Of a stretch of 64,000 nt of DNA, positions 29,127 to 37,950 are shown in pieces (the first letter of the stretch is position 1; the number at the start of each line of letters is the position of its first letter). The notes beneath the pieces were generated by a model. It was not told the DNA's origin, did not search any database, and saw only the letters and a program-made list of their open reading frames with translations. A program made the translations under genes and the position numbers. The stretch comes from Rhizobiaceae bacterium (lineage in GTDB: Bacteria > Pseudomonadota > Alphaproteobacteria > Rhizobiales > Rhizobiaceae), in the NCBI GenBank assembly GCA_965230715.1, contig CBDDLK010000001.1:2738656-2802655 (forward strand), written 5' to 3'.

Positions 29127-30614
29127 TTACTCGGCTGCCACTTTGTTCTTGACTGCAAACGCGGTGTCATTGCCATTCAGCAAATTGGTTACCAACTGCT
29201 CCGGCCCGTCCCAATCATAGGTACGGAAACTGTGTCCGGCTGTCACGAATTGCGCCCCGGCATAGAACATTTCATACTGGACATGACGGCTTGCAAACTC
29301 GGACCCAACGGCATCCCAGGCAAGTTTGAGGAATTTCATCCTCTCATATGCCCCTTCACCATCGCGCGCGGAAACCTGCATGTCGTCGAGGTATTTTGCC
29401 ACTTCGGGATGCGCCAGATCCGGTGCGGAACTGGGCAGCATGATCAGTCCGCCACCGGCCAGCTCTCTGATTTCATTAATAAATTTCGGGTACAAGTCCT
29501 GTGTGTAAACCTGTGCAGTATACAACAGGTTCCGGTCAACGACATAGTAGTCGCCCTGCATGGTGCCTTTCGCCTCCATTCCCCAGAGCATTCCTTCGGC
29601 AGCAGATATTTCCGCCGCCATGCGACCAAGCTTCTCGCGCACAGCGGGAATGTTGATGGTTCCGATTGTCTCGGTAACGCGCCGGGCCACTCCCAACAGA
29701 AACTTCATTTTAACAACCCAACGCGCCTGGGACTGGTAGTTCTGCATGATATGTCCGGGGGTCGCATGAAACTGCTTCATGCACATGGACGTGTCCTTGA
29801 AAAGAAACACCCGGTCCCACGGCACTTTCACGTCTTCAAAGTATATAACTGCGTCATTCTCATCAAAGCGGTATGACAGCGGGTTGTCGAACTCGGATAC
29901 GGCGCTTTTCTCGTAAGACTTGCGCGAAATGATTTTGATGCCCTTGGCGTCCAGCGGCATCGCGAAAGAGATCGCAAACTTTTCTTCGCCCTGTTGCAAG
30001 GGTTGCAGGTTGGCGACAAAAATCTCCTCAGCCATGATCGCCGAGGTTCCCAGCATCTTTGCCCCGCGGACGGTCACTCCCTCGCTGTCTTCATCGACAA
30101 TATGCATTGTAAGGTCTTCACCATCCTGTTCACCCCAAGCCTTGGATCGGTCTGCCTGTGGGTTGATGATAACGTAAGTCAGGAAGATGTCGTTGTCCCG
30201 GGCATATTCATAATACCCCTGATAGGCTTTGGCGTACTGCTCGCCATGTTCGCGGAACACATCGATATTCATCAACTGGCCGGAAATCGCCGATGCCAGA
30301 TGGTCCGGCGAACGTCCCATCCATCCACCATTGAGTTCAGCCCAAGCGGTAATGGCCTCGCGGCGCCCCACCAGTTCTTCGTACGATTTGGCTTGCTGCC
30401 ATGCCTTGTTAGCACGACGCCCATTGCCAATGTCATACGTCATCATCTCCAGGTTTTCAGGGGCTGCCTGAAAATCATACATCGATGCCGTAGACAGGCA
30501 GCTGTTGCGAAACGCTGGATGATCGGCGACCCGAGTGATCAGTTGGCCGTCTAGAAAGACTTCCCGATCCTTGTCGAGTGATTTCAGATGGTCCGAACCG
30601 TTTTTAACTGTCAT
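29127..30614 (-). CDS. HpaB-family two-component flavin-dependent monooxygenase, oxygenase subunit
   Basis: The N-terminus HLKSLDKDREVFLDGQLITRVADHPAF and the GRSPDH motif are typical of 4-hydroxyphenylacetate 3-hydroxylase-type oxygenases. GGAGGG lies before the ATG at 30614. Confidence 0.85.
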   Translation of the reverse strand: MTVKNGSDHLKSLDKDREVFLDGQLITRVADHPAFRNSCLSTASMYDFQAAPENLEMMTYDIGNGRRANKAWQQAKSYEELVGRREAITAWAELNGGWMGRSPDHLASAISGQLMNIDVFREHGEQYAKAYQGYYEYARDNDIFLTYVIINPQADRSKAWGEQDGEDLTMHIVDEDSEGVTVRGAKMLGTSAIMAEEIFVANLQPLQQGEEKFAISFAMPLDAKGIKIISRKSYEKSAVSEFDNPLSYRFDENDAVIYFEDVKVPWDRVFLFKDTSMCMKQFHATPGHIMQNYQSQARWVVKMKFLLGVARRVTETIGTINIPAVREKLGRMAAEISAAEGMLWGMEAKGTMQGDYYVVDRNLLYTAQVYTQDLYPKFINEIRELAGGGLIMLPSSAPDLAHPEVAKYLDDMQVSARDGEGAYERMKFLKLAWDAVGSEFASRHVQYEMFYAGAQFVTAGHSFRTYDWDGPEQLVTNLLNGNDTAFAVKNKVAAE

Positions 30615-30909
30615 TGTTCCCTCCGGGATTTTTGTTGATCCATAGCGCTGAGTTGCCCCTGGGTTTAAACAGGCACATGCTGCTGCGATGGTAGAAACTT
30701 GCAAACTTGCCGATAACCGGCCCGCCGTTGTGGAGATTATCCGGCTTGTCTCGCTTTGGAACGAAGCCGGTGAGCGGTCGTTTTTTCAACCGTTCTCCGA
30801 ACCAGGGAGAATACATCGCTTCGTCGTGCGTTGCACCACCATACACACGGCGCAAAGACGGCGGTTTTGTTACCGATGTGTCAAGTTGGTGTATTTCTTG
30901 CGGCCTCAT
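30604..30909 (-). CDS. hypothetical 101-aa basic protein, first gene of the HpaB-type operon
   Basis: GGAGAG lies 4 nt upstream of the ATG at 30909. G+C and codon choice resemble neighbouring genes, while the DNA upstream of 30909 turns AT-rich. Its stop overlaps the oxygenase start by 11 nt. I recognise no domain. Confidence 0.35.
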   Translation of the reverse strand: MRPQEIHQLDTSVTKPPSLRRVYGGATHDEAMYSPWFGERLKKRPLTGFVPKRDKPDNLHNGGPVIGKFASFYHRSSMCLFKPRGNSALWINKNPGGNNDS

Positions 30910-31220
30910 TCAGCTCTCCGCTGGATTTTTTTATCTATTTATTTTACCTTTGTTACTTAGTCAATATAGCAATTTTTTTAAAACACCATCAACAACATAA
31001 AGGCATTTACCTCAACATGCACTTTAATCACTATATTTCAAAATGTTAGCAATCGTTTCGCAAAATTTTCCGGATTCGATTGGCTTCAAAAAATGGTTCG
31101 TCAGCGAAATAATGTGCTGGGGTTTGAGGGTTTTCCCTTCCAAGGAGAATCGAGTTTGCTTAGGTTTTTTTGTGCTTTGCAATCATGAAACAAAACATCT
31201 CACCGGAATAACCCGAACCC

Positions 31221-32633
31221 ATGAACGTTCTGCTTGAATCCATTCGCAGCGACAAGACGGCTGGCACTGTTCTGGCTGGCGCCTGTATGATGTCCGCAAT
31301 TTCACAGGCTGTGCAAATTCCGTCCATCTTAATCGCCACTTGCGTAGTTCTTTTCGTGTTTTTCGCGCTCGTTTGGCAATCGCTTCAGCTATTCCCGAGA
31401 ATCCTGCTATTCCTTCCGCTCCTGTTAATCGTGCTACTCCACGTGACAGGAAAATACGATCAGGCACTTGTGTTGAGTGCCCTTGAACGTGGCACATTTC
31501 TTTCGCTGTTTGTTGTGACGCTCAGTTTGATACGTGTCGTAGCCCTTAGTTCGCCATATGTCAGATATTGCGGACAATTGATTGTGCACCAACCGCCGGG
31601 CCGACGCTATTTCGTTCTGTCATTCGGAGCGCATCTGTTCGGAATATTGTTGAACTTTGCGGCGCTTTCACTTCTTGGCAGCATGGTGCGTTCATCGACT
31701 GCTGTCGAGCCGGGCAACGATCAGCACAGAATTGCCATGATACGCCGCAAACGAATGTCCCTTGCGGTGATCCGGGGCTTTGCGACGATAGCAACATGGT
31801 CTCCCCTGTCTGCATTTCTCGCGGTTCTGATTTCACTTGTGCCAGGAACAAGCCTTGTGGATGTGATACCGCCCGGTTTGGCGATATTTGTAGCCTTCAT
31901 TATGCTGGGTTGGGTCTTCGACAGATTCTCCTATCCTCGGCGAAACCTCCCTGACACCGAGACTGCATTTCGTGAAACCGCACTTGCATTTTTGGGTTTA
32001 TTGGGGATCGTCATAGCCTTTGTCGCAGCTGCCGGAGCACTTTCACAGCTTACCGGAATGACGATTGTGAACAGCCTGCTTTTTGTCGTCCCCCTGGCAT
32101 CAATCGGATGGGTCTACATCCAATGTGCTGGCGAAAAGGAAACCGCAACTGCCTCGCGCGTATGGTACCGTGTCACAAACGAGTTCCCCCCCGCATTGAC
32201 AGAACTAAAGGCTGAAGCCACGATGTTTTTTTCCTATGGAATGCTGGGAACCTTGATCCTGCCATTCTTGCGCCCTGAAGAATGGGGGGCGTTTTTTGCG
32301 GCGGCACAAATTACCCAGACCCACATCCTGATTGCAGCGTTCTGGGTCATTGTGGCCATGGCCCAATTGGGCGTAAATCCATTGCTTACTGTTCTGGTGA
32401 TCGCTTCGGTGGTTCCCCAAATCACAAGCCCGGTAGTCGATGGGGTACTGCTACTCATCGCCATACAGTTTGGGTGGTGCACTTGCATTGTCTTCAGCCC
32501 CTATACCGCGGCATCGCGGATACTGGGATCGGCGACGGGTGTCCCGCATCGCACTATGTGTCTGAGATGGAATCTCGGCTTTACGCTCACATGGATCGGA
32601 CTTGCCAGCCTGACGCTCGTTATCGCGTCCTGA
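31221..32633 (+). CDS. polytopic membrane protein of unknown family (470 aa)
   Basis: It has at least 10 hydrophobic segments. I recognise no motif. Confidence 0.6.
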   Translation: MNVLLESIRSDKTAGTVLAGACMMSAISQAVQIPSILIATCVVLFVFFALVWQSLQLFPRILLFLPLLLIVLLHVTGKYDQALVLSALERGTFLSLFVVTLSLIRVVALSSPYVRYCGQLIVHQPPGRRYFVLSFGAHLFGILLNFAALSLLGSMVRSSTAVEPGNDQHRIAMIRRKRMSLAVIRGFATIATWSPLSAFLAVLISLVPGTSLVDVIPPGLAIFVAFIMLGWVFDRFSYPRRNLPDTETAFRETALAFLGLLGIVIAFVAAAGALSQLTGMTIVNSLLFVVPLASIGWVYIQCAGEKETATASRVWYRVTNEFPPALTELKAEATMFFSYGMLGTLILPFLRPEEWGAFFAAAQITQTHILIAAFWVIVAMAQLGVNPLLTVLVIASVVPQITSPVVDGVLLLIAIQFGWCTCIVFSPYTAASRILGSATGVPHRTMCLRWNLGFTLTWIGLASLTLVIAS

Positions 32634-32716
32634 GCAACTCCAGCACCAAACCGGCTGGTTTTGCGACGATCATCTTTCCTGTTTACTTCGATTGCCAGGT
32701 GAAGCGGAAGTCAGAT

Positions 32717-33637
32717 TTACAAGTTCGTTCGTGCCAATGCAATTGCTACAGGGATCGCAATGACGGAAATTGCGGTTTGCAAGGAAATGATATTTGCCAT
32801 CAGCGGCGCATCACCGCCCATTTGCCTTGCCAGTGGAAAGCTGGCTGGAGATGTTGGGCAGGTTGCAAAAATCACCGCTATCACCGTTATCTCAGGTGTC
32901 AGAGCAAACAACCGGCAAGCCAAAAACGCTGCCATCGGAAAAACCACCATCTTCGAGATGGTTGATATAAGGAGCGGTTGGAAATGCGCGTTGAAGCTGG
33001 TGAAACGCAAATTCGCACCAATCACCAACAACAAGGTGGGTAAGGTTGCCCGGCCAATCAGTTCAGTGAATTGAAAAACAACAATATCCCGAGAAATCCC
33101 AAACCGGCTGAATGCCATCCCGGCAGCGATTGAAAGAATGATTGGATTGCGCACCAAATCGAGAAGCAGTTTGCGCTTTCCAGCCTCTTTGTTGAGCATC
33201 ACGCCCATCATGACAACGGCCACTACATTCGACAGTGGAACAAGCGCTGCAGTTGCCACTGTTCCAATCGAGGTTCCGGTGATCCCGAACAATTGCCCGG
33301 TTACGGCAAGCCCGATGAAAGTATTGTGCCGTCCTGCACCCTGAATGATTGACGTCAGGGAGGGGTTGGACTGCCCAGCAAGTTTCCCTACGGAATACGC
33401 CAGGATCATTGCCGCGAAGTAGGCAAGTATCAGGGATATCGAGTAACGGAGAATGTTCGGATCGCTGAGGTCGAGTTTTGATGTTTCTGTAAACAGGAAC
33501 GCCGGAAAGAGCACCCAGTATGAAATTTTGTTGATGCCTGTCCAAACCTCTACATCCCTGACCACTGTCAGTTGGATGATTTTTCCAAGGATGATCACAA
33601 GAAAAATGGGTAGGACCAACAGGATCAACGCTGCCAT
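32717..33637 (-). CDS. auxin-efflux-carrier (AEC) family transporter
   Basis: The N-terminus MAALILLVLPIFLVIILGKI and a layout of about 10 TM segments are typical of the AEC family. Confidence 0.75.
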   Translation of the reverse strand: MAALILLVLPIFLVIILGKIIQLTVVRDVEVWTGINKISYWVLFPAFLFTETSKLDLSDPNILRYSISLILAYFAAMILAYSVGKLAGQSNPSLTSIIQGAGRHNTFIGLAVTGQLFGITGTSIGTVATAALVPLSNVVAVVMMGVMLNKEAGKRKLLLDLVRNPIILSIAAGMAFSRFGISRDIVVFQFTELIGRATLPTLLLVIGANLRFTSFNAHFQPLLISTISKMVVFPMAAFLACRLFALTPEITVIAVIFATCPTSPASFPLARQMGGDAPLMANIISLQTAISVIAIPVAIALARTNL

Positions 33638-33945
33638 GTTTTCTTGATCTCCAAATGCAAAGGCCTGTTTTGCCTGTGAATGCCGCACTCAAACAGTGCT
33701 TTGTGCAGGTGTGTGGCAACGCGCTCTGACGGGACCACAAGGCCGCGAACATTTGCGGCAGCGTTGCGCTTCCGGGAACCTCATAACACCTGCTTTGGAA
33801 ATTCGCCAATTGCGATTTCTTCCAAGCCAGCAAAGTCATCTTCACCAGCCCAGTCGTTTTTCTTCCAGGCAGTAAACTCATACTTCTGCCACATCAATCC
33901 AGAAGACAATCGCAACTTTCAAATGCACAACCAACTTTTCCACAT

Positions 33946-34806
33946 CTACCGGTCATGCACAAACATTGCAGCGACAATGGCTTCCGGTGCGTCTTCTTGA
34001 ACCAGATGGCCAGCGTCAGGAACTACGGTCATTTGTCCACCGGTTATCATCCGGGCCAGTTTTTGCCCACGCTCCAGGGGAATCCATTCGTCTTTTGCCC
34101 CCCAAAGCAAAGTAACGGGACATTCCAGCGGCGCATATTGGTTCTGTATCTCGTCGGTAAATTTTTGGTCCATTTGTGCAATCTGGCGGTAGAATGCTGG
34201 TTGACCCACCTCTCCCTGCCAGGGTGCCATGTAAACCTCCAGCGCTTCGCTGGATAGTTGTTTGTAGGCAGCGCCTTGCAGATAGGCGCGTAAAAGCGCG
34301 TCATGAGCATAGGCCGGGAGCCCTGCAAAAGCGGCCTTATGGAGTCTGACATGAGTGACAAATGGAGACCCCCAGGGGGCGATTGCAACGGGATCGAAGA
34401 TCGTTAGCCGTTTGTATCGCAGATCGTTCAGGTAATAGGCACGCAAGGCGGTTGCGCCCCCAAAGTCATGGCACAGGATCTCCGGCCGGTCCAAACCCCA
34501 ATGGTTGACCAAAGCGGTCAGAAGACCATTCTGAACCGCAAGGGAGACATCCTGCCCCTCACGTTTGTCAGACAGGCCGTAGCCGATCAGGTCAAAGTAG
34601 TAGACTGTCCATCTTTGTGCCAGCAGCGGCGCAATCCGGCGCCAGACCTGCGATGAGAACGGTGTTCCATGTATCAATACCAAGGGATCACCACACCCCA
34701 TCTTGCCCCAAGCGACTGATTGGCTGTTATGAATATAGCGTTCGGGCAAGGCGAGCATGGTGATTTTCCTGTTGTGCCGCACTTCAAAAAACGGTCGTTT
34801 GTTCAA
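33946..34806 (-). CDS. alpha/beta hydrolase with Asp nucleophile (haloacid/fluoroacetate dehalogenase or epoxide-hydrolase-like)
   Basis: It has an HGTPFSS oxyanion motif and CHDFGG where serine hydrolases carry GxSxG. The start may be the internal Met at 34758. Confidence 0.7.
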   Translation of the reverse strand: MNKRPFFEVRHNRKITMLALPERYIHNSQSVAWGKMGCGDPLVLIHGTPFSSQVWRRIAPLLAQRWTVYYFDLIGYGLSDKREGQDVSLAVQNGLLTALVNHWGLDRPEILCHDFGGATALRAYYLNDLRYKRLTIFDPVAIAPWGSPFVTHVRLHKAAFAGLPAYAHDALLRAYLQGAAYKQLSSEALEVYMAPWQGEVGQPAFYRQIAQMDQKFTDEIQNQYAPLECPVTLLWGAKDEWIPLERGQKLARMITGGQMTVVPDAGHLVQEDAPEAIVAAMFVHDR

Positions 34807-34823
34807 GCCAGTCTGAACAAACG

Positions 34824-35390
34824 TCAGCCTGCCAATGCGGGGATGATCTCCGATGTGTTCCGAACATCGGCATAGCTCGCGGCGAGAGGGGCCATAATGG
34901 CAGCATGAACCATTACGGATGGCACGTTGGTTCCATCGTAGGAAACATTTGCAGCAGCACAGGCGTCCTTGGCCAAAGTCACCTTGAAACCCAAATCAAC
35001 ACCGCCACGAACGGTCGCGTCGACGCACATCTGGCTCATCGCGCCACACATGACCAAATGTTCGATCTTTCCTTCGCGCAAAAGCTCTTCGAGACCTGTG
35101 CCGACGAAACTGTTCGGCCTGGTCTTTTCGACTATTTTTTCACCGGCCTTGGGTGCAACACTGTCATGGAGTTCGGCACCCGGAGTTCCAGGGTGAAAGA
35201 ACGGTGCTGCGTCTGATGCCATGACGTGTTTGACGTGAATGATTTTTACGTCATGTTCCCGGGCAGCTTCCAACAGGCTTGCAGCCTGTTCTGTTGCCGC
35301 ATCCATGTCAGGCAGTGCCATCTTGCTTTCCGGGAAGCTTGGGAAATAGTCGTTTTGAATATCGATCAAGATCAGGGCTGTATGTGTCAC
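34824..35390 (-). CDS. isochorismatase-family cysteine hydrolase
   Basis: It has LILIDIQNDYF and the catalytic Cys region VMCGAMSQMCVDATVR. Confidence 0.85.
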   Translation of the reverse strand: MTHTALILIDIQNDYFPSFPESKMALPDMDAATEQAASLLEAAREHDVKIIHVKHVMASDAAPFFHPGTPGAELHDSVAPKAGEKIVEKTRPNSFVGTGLEELLREGKIEHLVMCGAMSQMCVDATVRGGVDLGFKVTLAKDACAAANVSYDGTNVPSVMVHAAIMAPLAASYADVRNTSEIIPALAG

Positions 35391-35466
35391 GTTATCCTCA
35401 TGTCAAAATTGGTGGTGTGGTCCTGCTGTGTTTACAGCGGATCATCTCGCGGATAAATTGGCGAAT

Positions 35467-36399
35467 ATGACAAACTCTTTGCCATATACGCCAAACGTTG
35501 CAATCATTGCCTATGAGGGCGTTCAGCAATCCGCATTGCATGGGTTGGGCGAAATGTTCGACGTTGCCAACAGGCATGTTGAAGAAAATGCCGGGCGAAA
35601 GATCAACCACCAAATCCTTAAACCATCCGAACTCGAAGAAGCTTACGGGCTGGACGCGATCGTTTTGCCGCCGAACCTTTCAGGTGCCAGGGGCGAACAG
35701 GATAAAGACCTGCATAAATGGCTCCGGCGTCAGCACCTTGCGGGGGCAATCATGTGTTCTGCATGTGCAGGCAGCTACTGGTTAGGTCATGCCGGCATTC
35801 TGGATGGACGACCGGCAACCACCCATTGGGCACTTGAAACAGATTTCAGATCGACTTTTCCCGAAGTGAACCTTCATCCCGAGCACATTCTGCTGGACGA
35901 CAATGATGTTGTGAGCGCAGGCGGGGTGATGGCCTGGGTGGATTTGGGGGTTCACCTCGTCGGCCGCTGGCTTGGCCCGCGGGTGGTTTCGCGGCTTTGC
36001 CGCCAGATGTTGATTGATCCGGCAGGTCGGGAGCAACAAACCTATCGCAGTTTTCAACCCGACATGACCCACAAGGATGACGCAATTCGCGCATTGCAGG
36101 TCTGGATGGAAGGAAATGCAGGCACCGACTTGTCGGTTAGCGAGTTGGCGCGCCAGGCACGGCTTTCCGAACGGTCCTTGCAACGCAGGTTTTCAAACAG
36201 CACGGGCCTATCGGTGAACCGGTATGTGCAGGAACTCAGGGTCGAAAAAGCCAAGGGTTTGCTGGAGTTGACCAACCTGCCGGTAAACGAGATCTGCTGG
36301 CAAGTCGGCTATCATGATGTCTCCGCTTTCAGTCGGGTTTTCAAGTCACTCTCCAACATCAGCCCCGGTGAATACCGTCACCGTTTCAAACTCGGGTGA
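35467..36399 (+). CDS. GlxA-family regulator (DJ-1/PfpI domain + AraC HTH)
   Basis: It has the nucleophile-elbow-like IMCSACAGSYWL and the C-terminal AraC HTH QVGYHDVSAFSRVFK. Confidence 0.85.
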   Translation: MTNSLPYTPNVAIIAYEGVQQSALHGLGEMFDVANRHVEENAGRKINHQILKPSELEEAYGLDAIVLPPNLSGARGEQDKDLHKWLRRQHLAGAIMCSACAGSYWLGHAGILDGRPATTHWALETDFRSTFPEVNLHPEHILLDDNDVVSAGGVMAWVDLGVHLVGRWLGPRVVSRLCRQMLIDPAGREQQTYRSFQPDMTHKDDAIRALQVWMEGNAGTDLSVSELARQARLSERSLQRRFSNSTGLSVNRYVQELRVEKAKGLLELTNLPVNEICWQVGYHDVSAFSRVFKSLSNISPGEYRHRFKLG

Positions 36400-36556
36400 G
36401 GTCTGGCGGCCCCCCTCGATGGGGAAAAATGGGGCGGAAGCACAATCCCGATTGAGAGATTGCCCGATAATTGCTCCGCTCAAAAGCGGATGAAAATTTT
36501 ATCGCCTTGGGACGCAATCCGGTCCAATTATTTTGGGAGAAGGACAGCCGAAAACG

Positions 36557-37410
36557 CTAGGCTCCAGACTCAATCATTACCAGAATGCGACGAGTGTTGC
36601 CAGTGCTACCGCTGACAGGAAGTTTCTGGCGAGTTTGTCATATCGGGTTGCGATGCGGCGAAAATCTTTCAGTGCGCAAAATGCATTTTCAATCAGATGA
36701 CGGTCTTTGTAGCGGGTTTTGTCATACTGGATTTCCCGTTTTCGGTTTGATCTGCCGGGAATGACGGGAACAATGCCCGCTTCGCGGCATCGTTTGCGCA
36801 GGGAATTTGCATCATACCCTTTGTCACCAAGCAGATAACTTGCGCCTTTCAGTCCTGCTATCAGGCGAGGTGCAACCGGGCTGTCCGCTTCGTTGCCTCG
36901 TGTGAGTATGAACGCAAACGGTCTACCTATAACGTCCGTAAGGGCATGGATTTTGGTGGTTTGACCGCCCCGCGACGGGCCAATCGCCTGGTTCTTCGCC
37001 CCCCTTTACCGCCATGGGCAGAACGGTGGGCTTTCACATAAGTACTATCAATTGCCGTGCTTTTGGTCACTGCGCCAGAATTGGCAAGCACTTCCAGGAG
37101 TTCAATCCAGAACCGTTTGTAAGACCAACGGTTGAACCGGTTATAGACTGTCGTTGCGGGGCCGTATTCAGATGGGCAATCACACCAGCGACAACCCACT
37201 TTCAGAACATGGATGATGCCGGAAATCACGCGCCGGTCATCAACCCTGTGCGCACCTCCTTTGTGGCGTGGTAAAAGCGGCTCGATCAAAGCCCATTGTT
37301 CATCAGAAAGCCAAAACAAATGCGACATCAATGCCTCCAAATCGTTGTTTTGGAGACTTGAATCTGATTTGCTAAATCAAATCAACCCGCTCAATGGGTT
37401 TGGACCCTAG
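36557..37410 (-). mobile_element. IS5-family (IS427-group-like) insertion sequence, apparently intact
   Basis: The 854-bp unit has imperfect terminal inverted repeats, CTAGGCTCCAGACTCAATCA and the reverse complement CTAGGGTCCAAACCCATTGA (about 15/20). The outer CTAG may be a 4-bp target duplication. It contains two overlapping transposase frames. Confidence 0.85.
36577..37328 (-). CDS. IS5/IS427-group transposase made by programmed -1 frameshift (orfA 36927-37328, orfB 36577-36999)
   Basis: orfA begins MSHLFWLSDEQWALIEPLLP...RVDDRRVISGIIHVLKVGCRWCDCP. The -1 frame has no ATG but encodes the DDE part (IGPSRGGQTTKIHALTD...GDKGYDANSLR...RHLIENAFCALKDFRRIATRYDK). The slippery A-AAG-GGG-GG site is at 36999-37008. 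Confidence 0.85.
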
Positions 37411-37585
37411 GTGTTGAGAACACCCGATGTAATTCTGATGAGATCAACAAATGCCTATAGGCATCTGCAGGCCCATCTATCCTGCCGGGGAGTTGCGAAG
37501 CGACGGCAAGTTGCGATGCCCATGAAGCAGCCCCATTTGTAACAAAATCTTCGACTGCGCGTTGTATCGCATTGGTCATCGCCAA
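37411..37585 (-). pseudogene. small ORF interrupted by the IS insertion
   Basis: ORF 37391-37585 runs straight across the IS terminus at 37410. The first 58 codons are native and the rest is IS sequence. Confidence 0.4.
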
Positions 37586-37950
37586 CTCCTGTAGGTTTCA
37601 TATGATATCTGGAATAGAGAACGGATTGCCAAAATCAGGGGAACAAAAAATAGTATAATGCATATCATGTGATACATATAATCTCCGGGATATACATATG
37701 TTGGACTCCATCGAAAAATAATAAAAAATAAGCAAAATACAGCAACACAGGAAGCATTTATAAATATCACAAAATTCCTCCTAAAGAAAAAAAACGAAGC
37801 AATACCAGTGTATATAAGTATTGTAATTAAAAAAAATTCTTGGTCATGCCAAGCTGTGACTAAAGTTCCTAAGCTAGCAAAAAAGTTACCTACTAGCGTG
37901 AACCAGAGATGATTTTCGTCAAACATCAGCATTCTGTTAATCACACACAT
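37576..37950 (-). CDS. AT-rich 124-aa four-TM membrane protein, unknown function
   Basis: It has four hydrophobic segments. G+C is roughly one third by eye, against about one half in flanking DNA. Confidence 0.5.
   Translation of the reverse strand: MCVINRMLMFDENHLWFTLVGNFFASLGTLVTAWHDQEFFLITILIYTGIASFFFFRRNFVIFINASCVAVFCLFFIIFRWSPTYVYPGDYMYHMICIILFFVPLILAIRSLFQISYETYRSWR

Noticed and set aside
29127-30614. The HpaB-family protein might instead be a 4-hydroxybutyryl-CoA dehydratase. That enzyme belongs to the same superfamily and would fit the many CoA genes nearby.
   Set aside because: The dehydratase needs a Cys3His [4Fe-4S] site. This protein has only two cysteines in total, and it keeps the GRSPDH region typical of the oxygenases.
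33063-33881. A 272-aa minus-strand ORF overlapping the AEC transporter in another frame.
   Set aside because: The AEC frame gives a coherent multi-TM protein. This frame gives a Cys/Arg/Ser-rich sequence with no hydrophobic periodicity.
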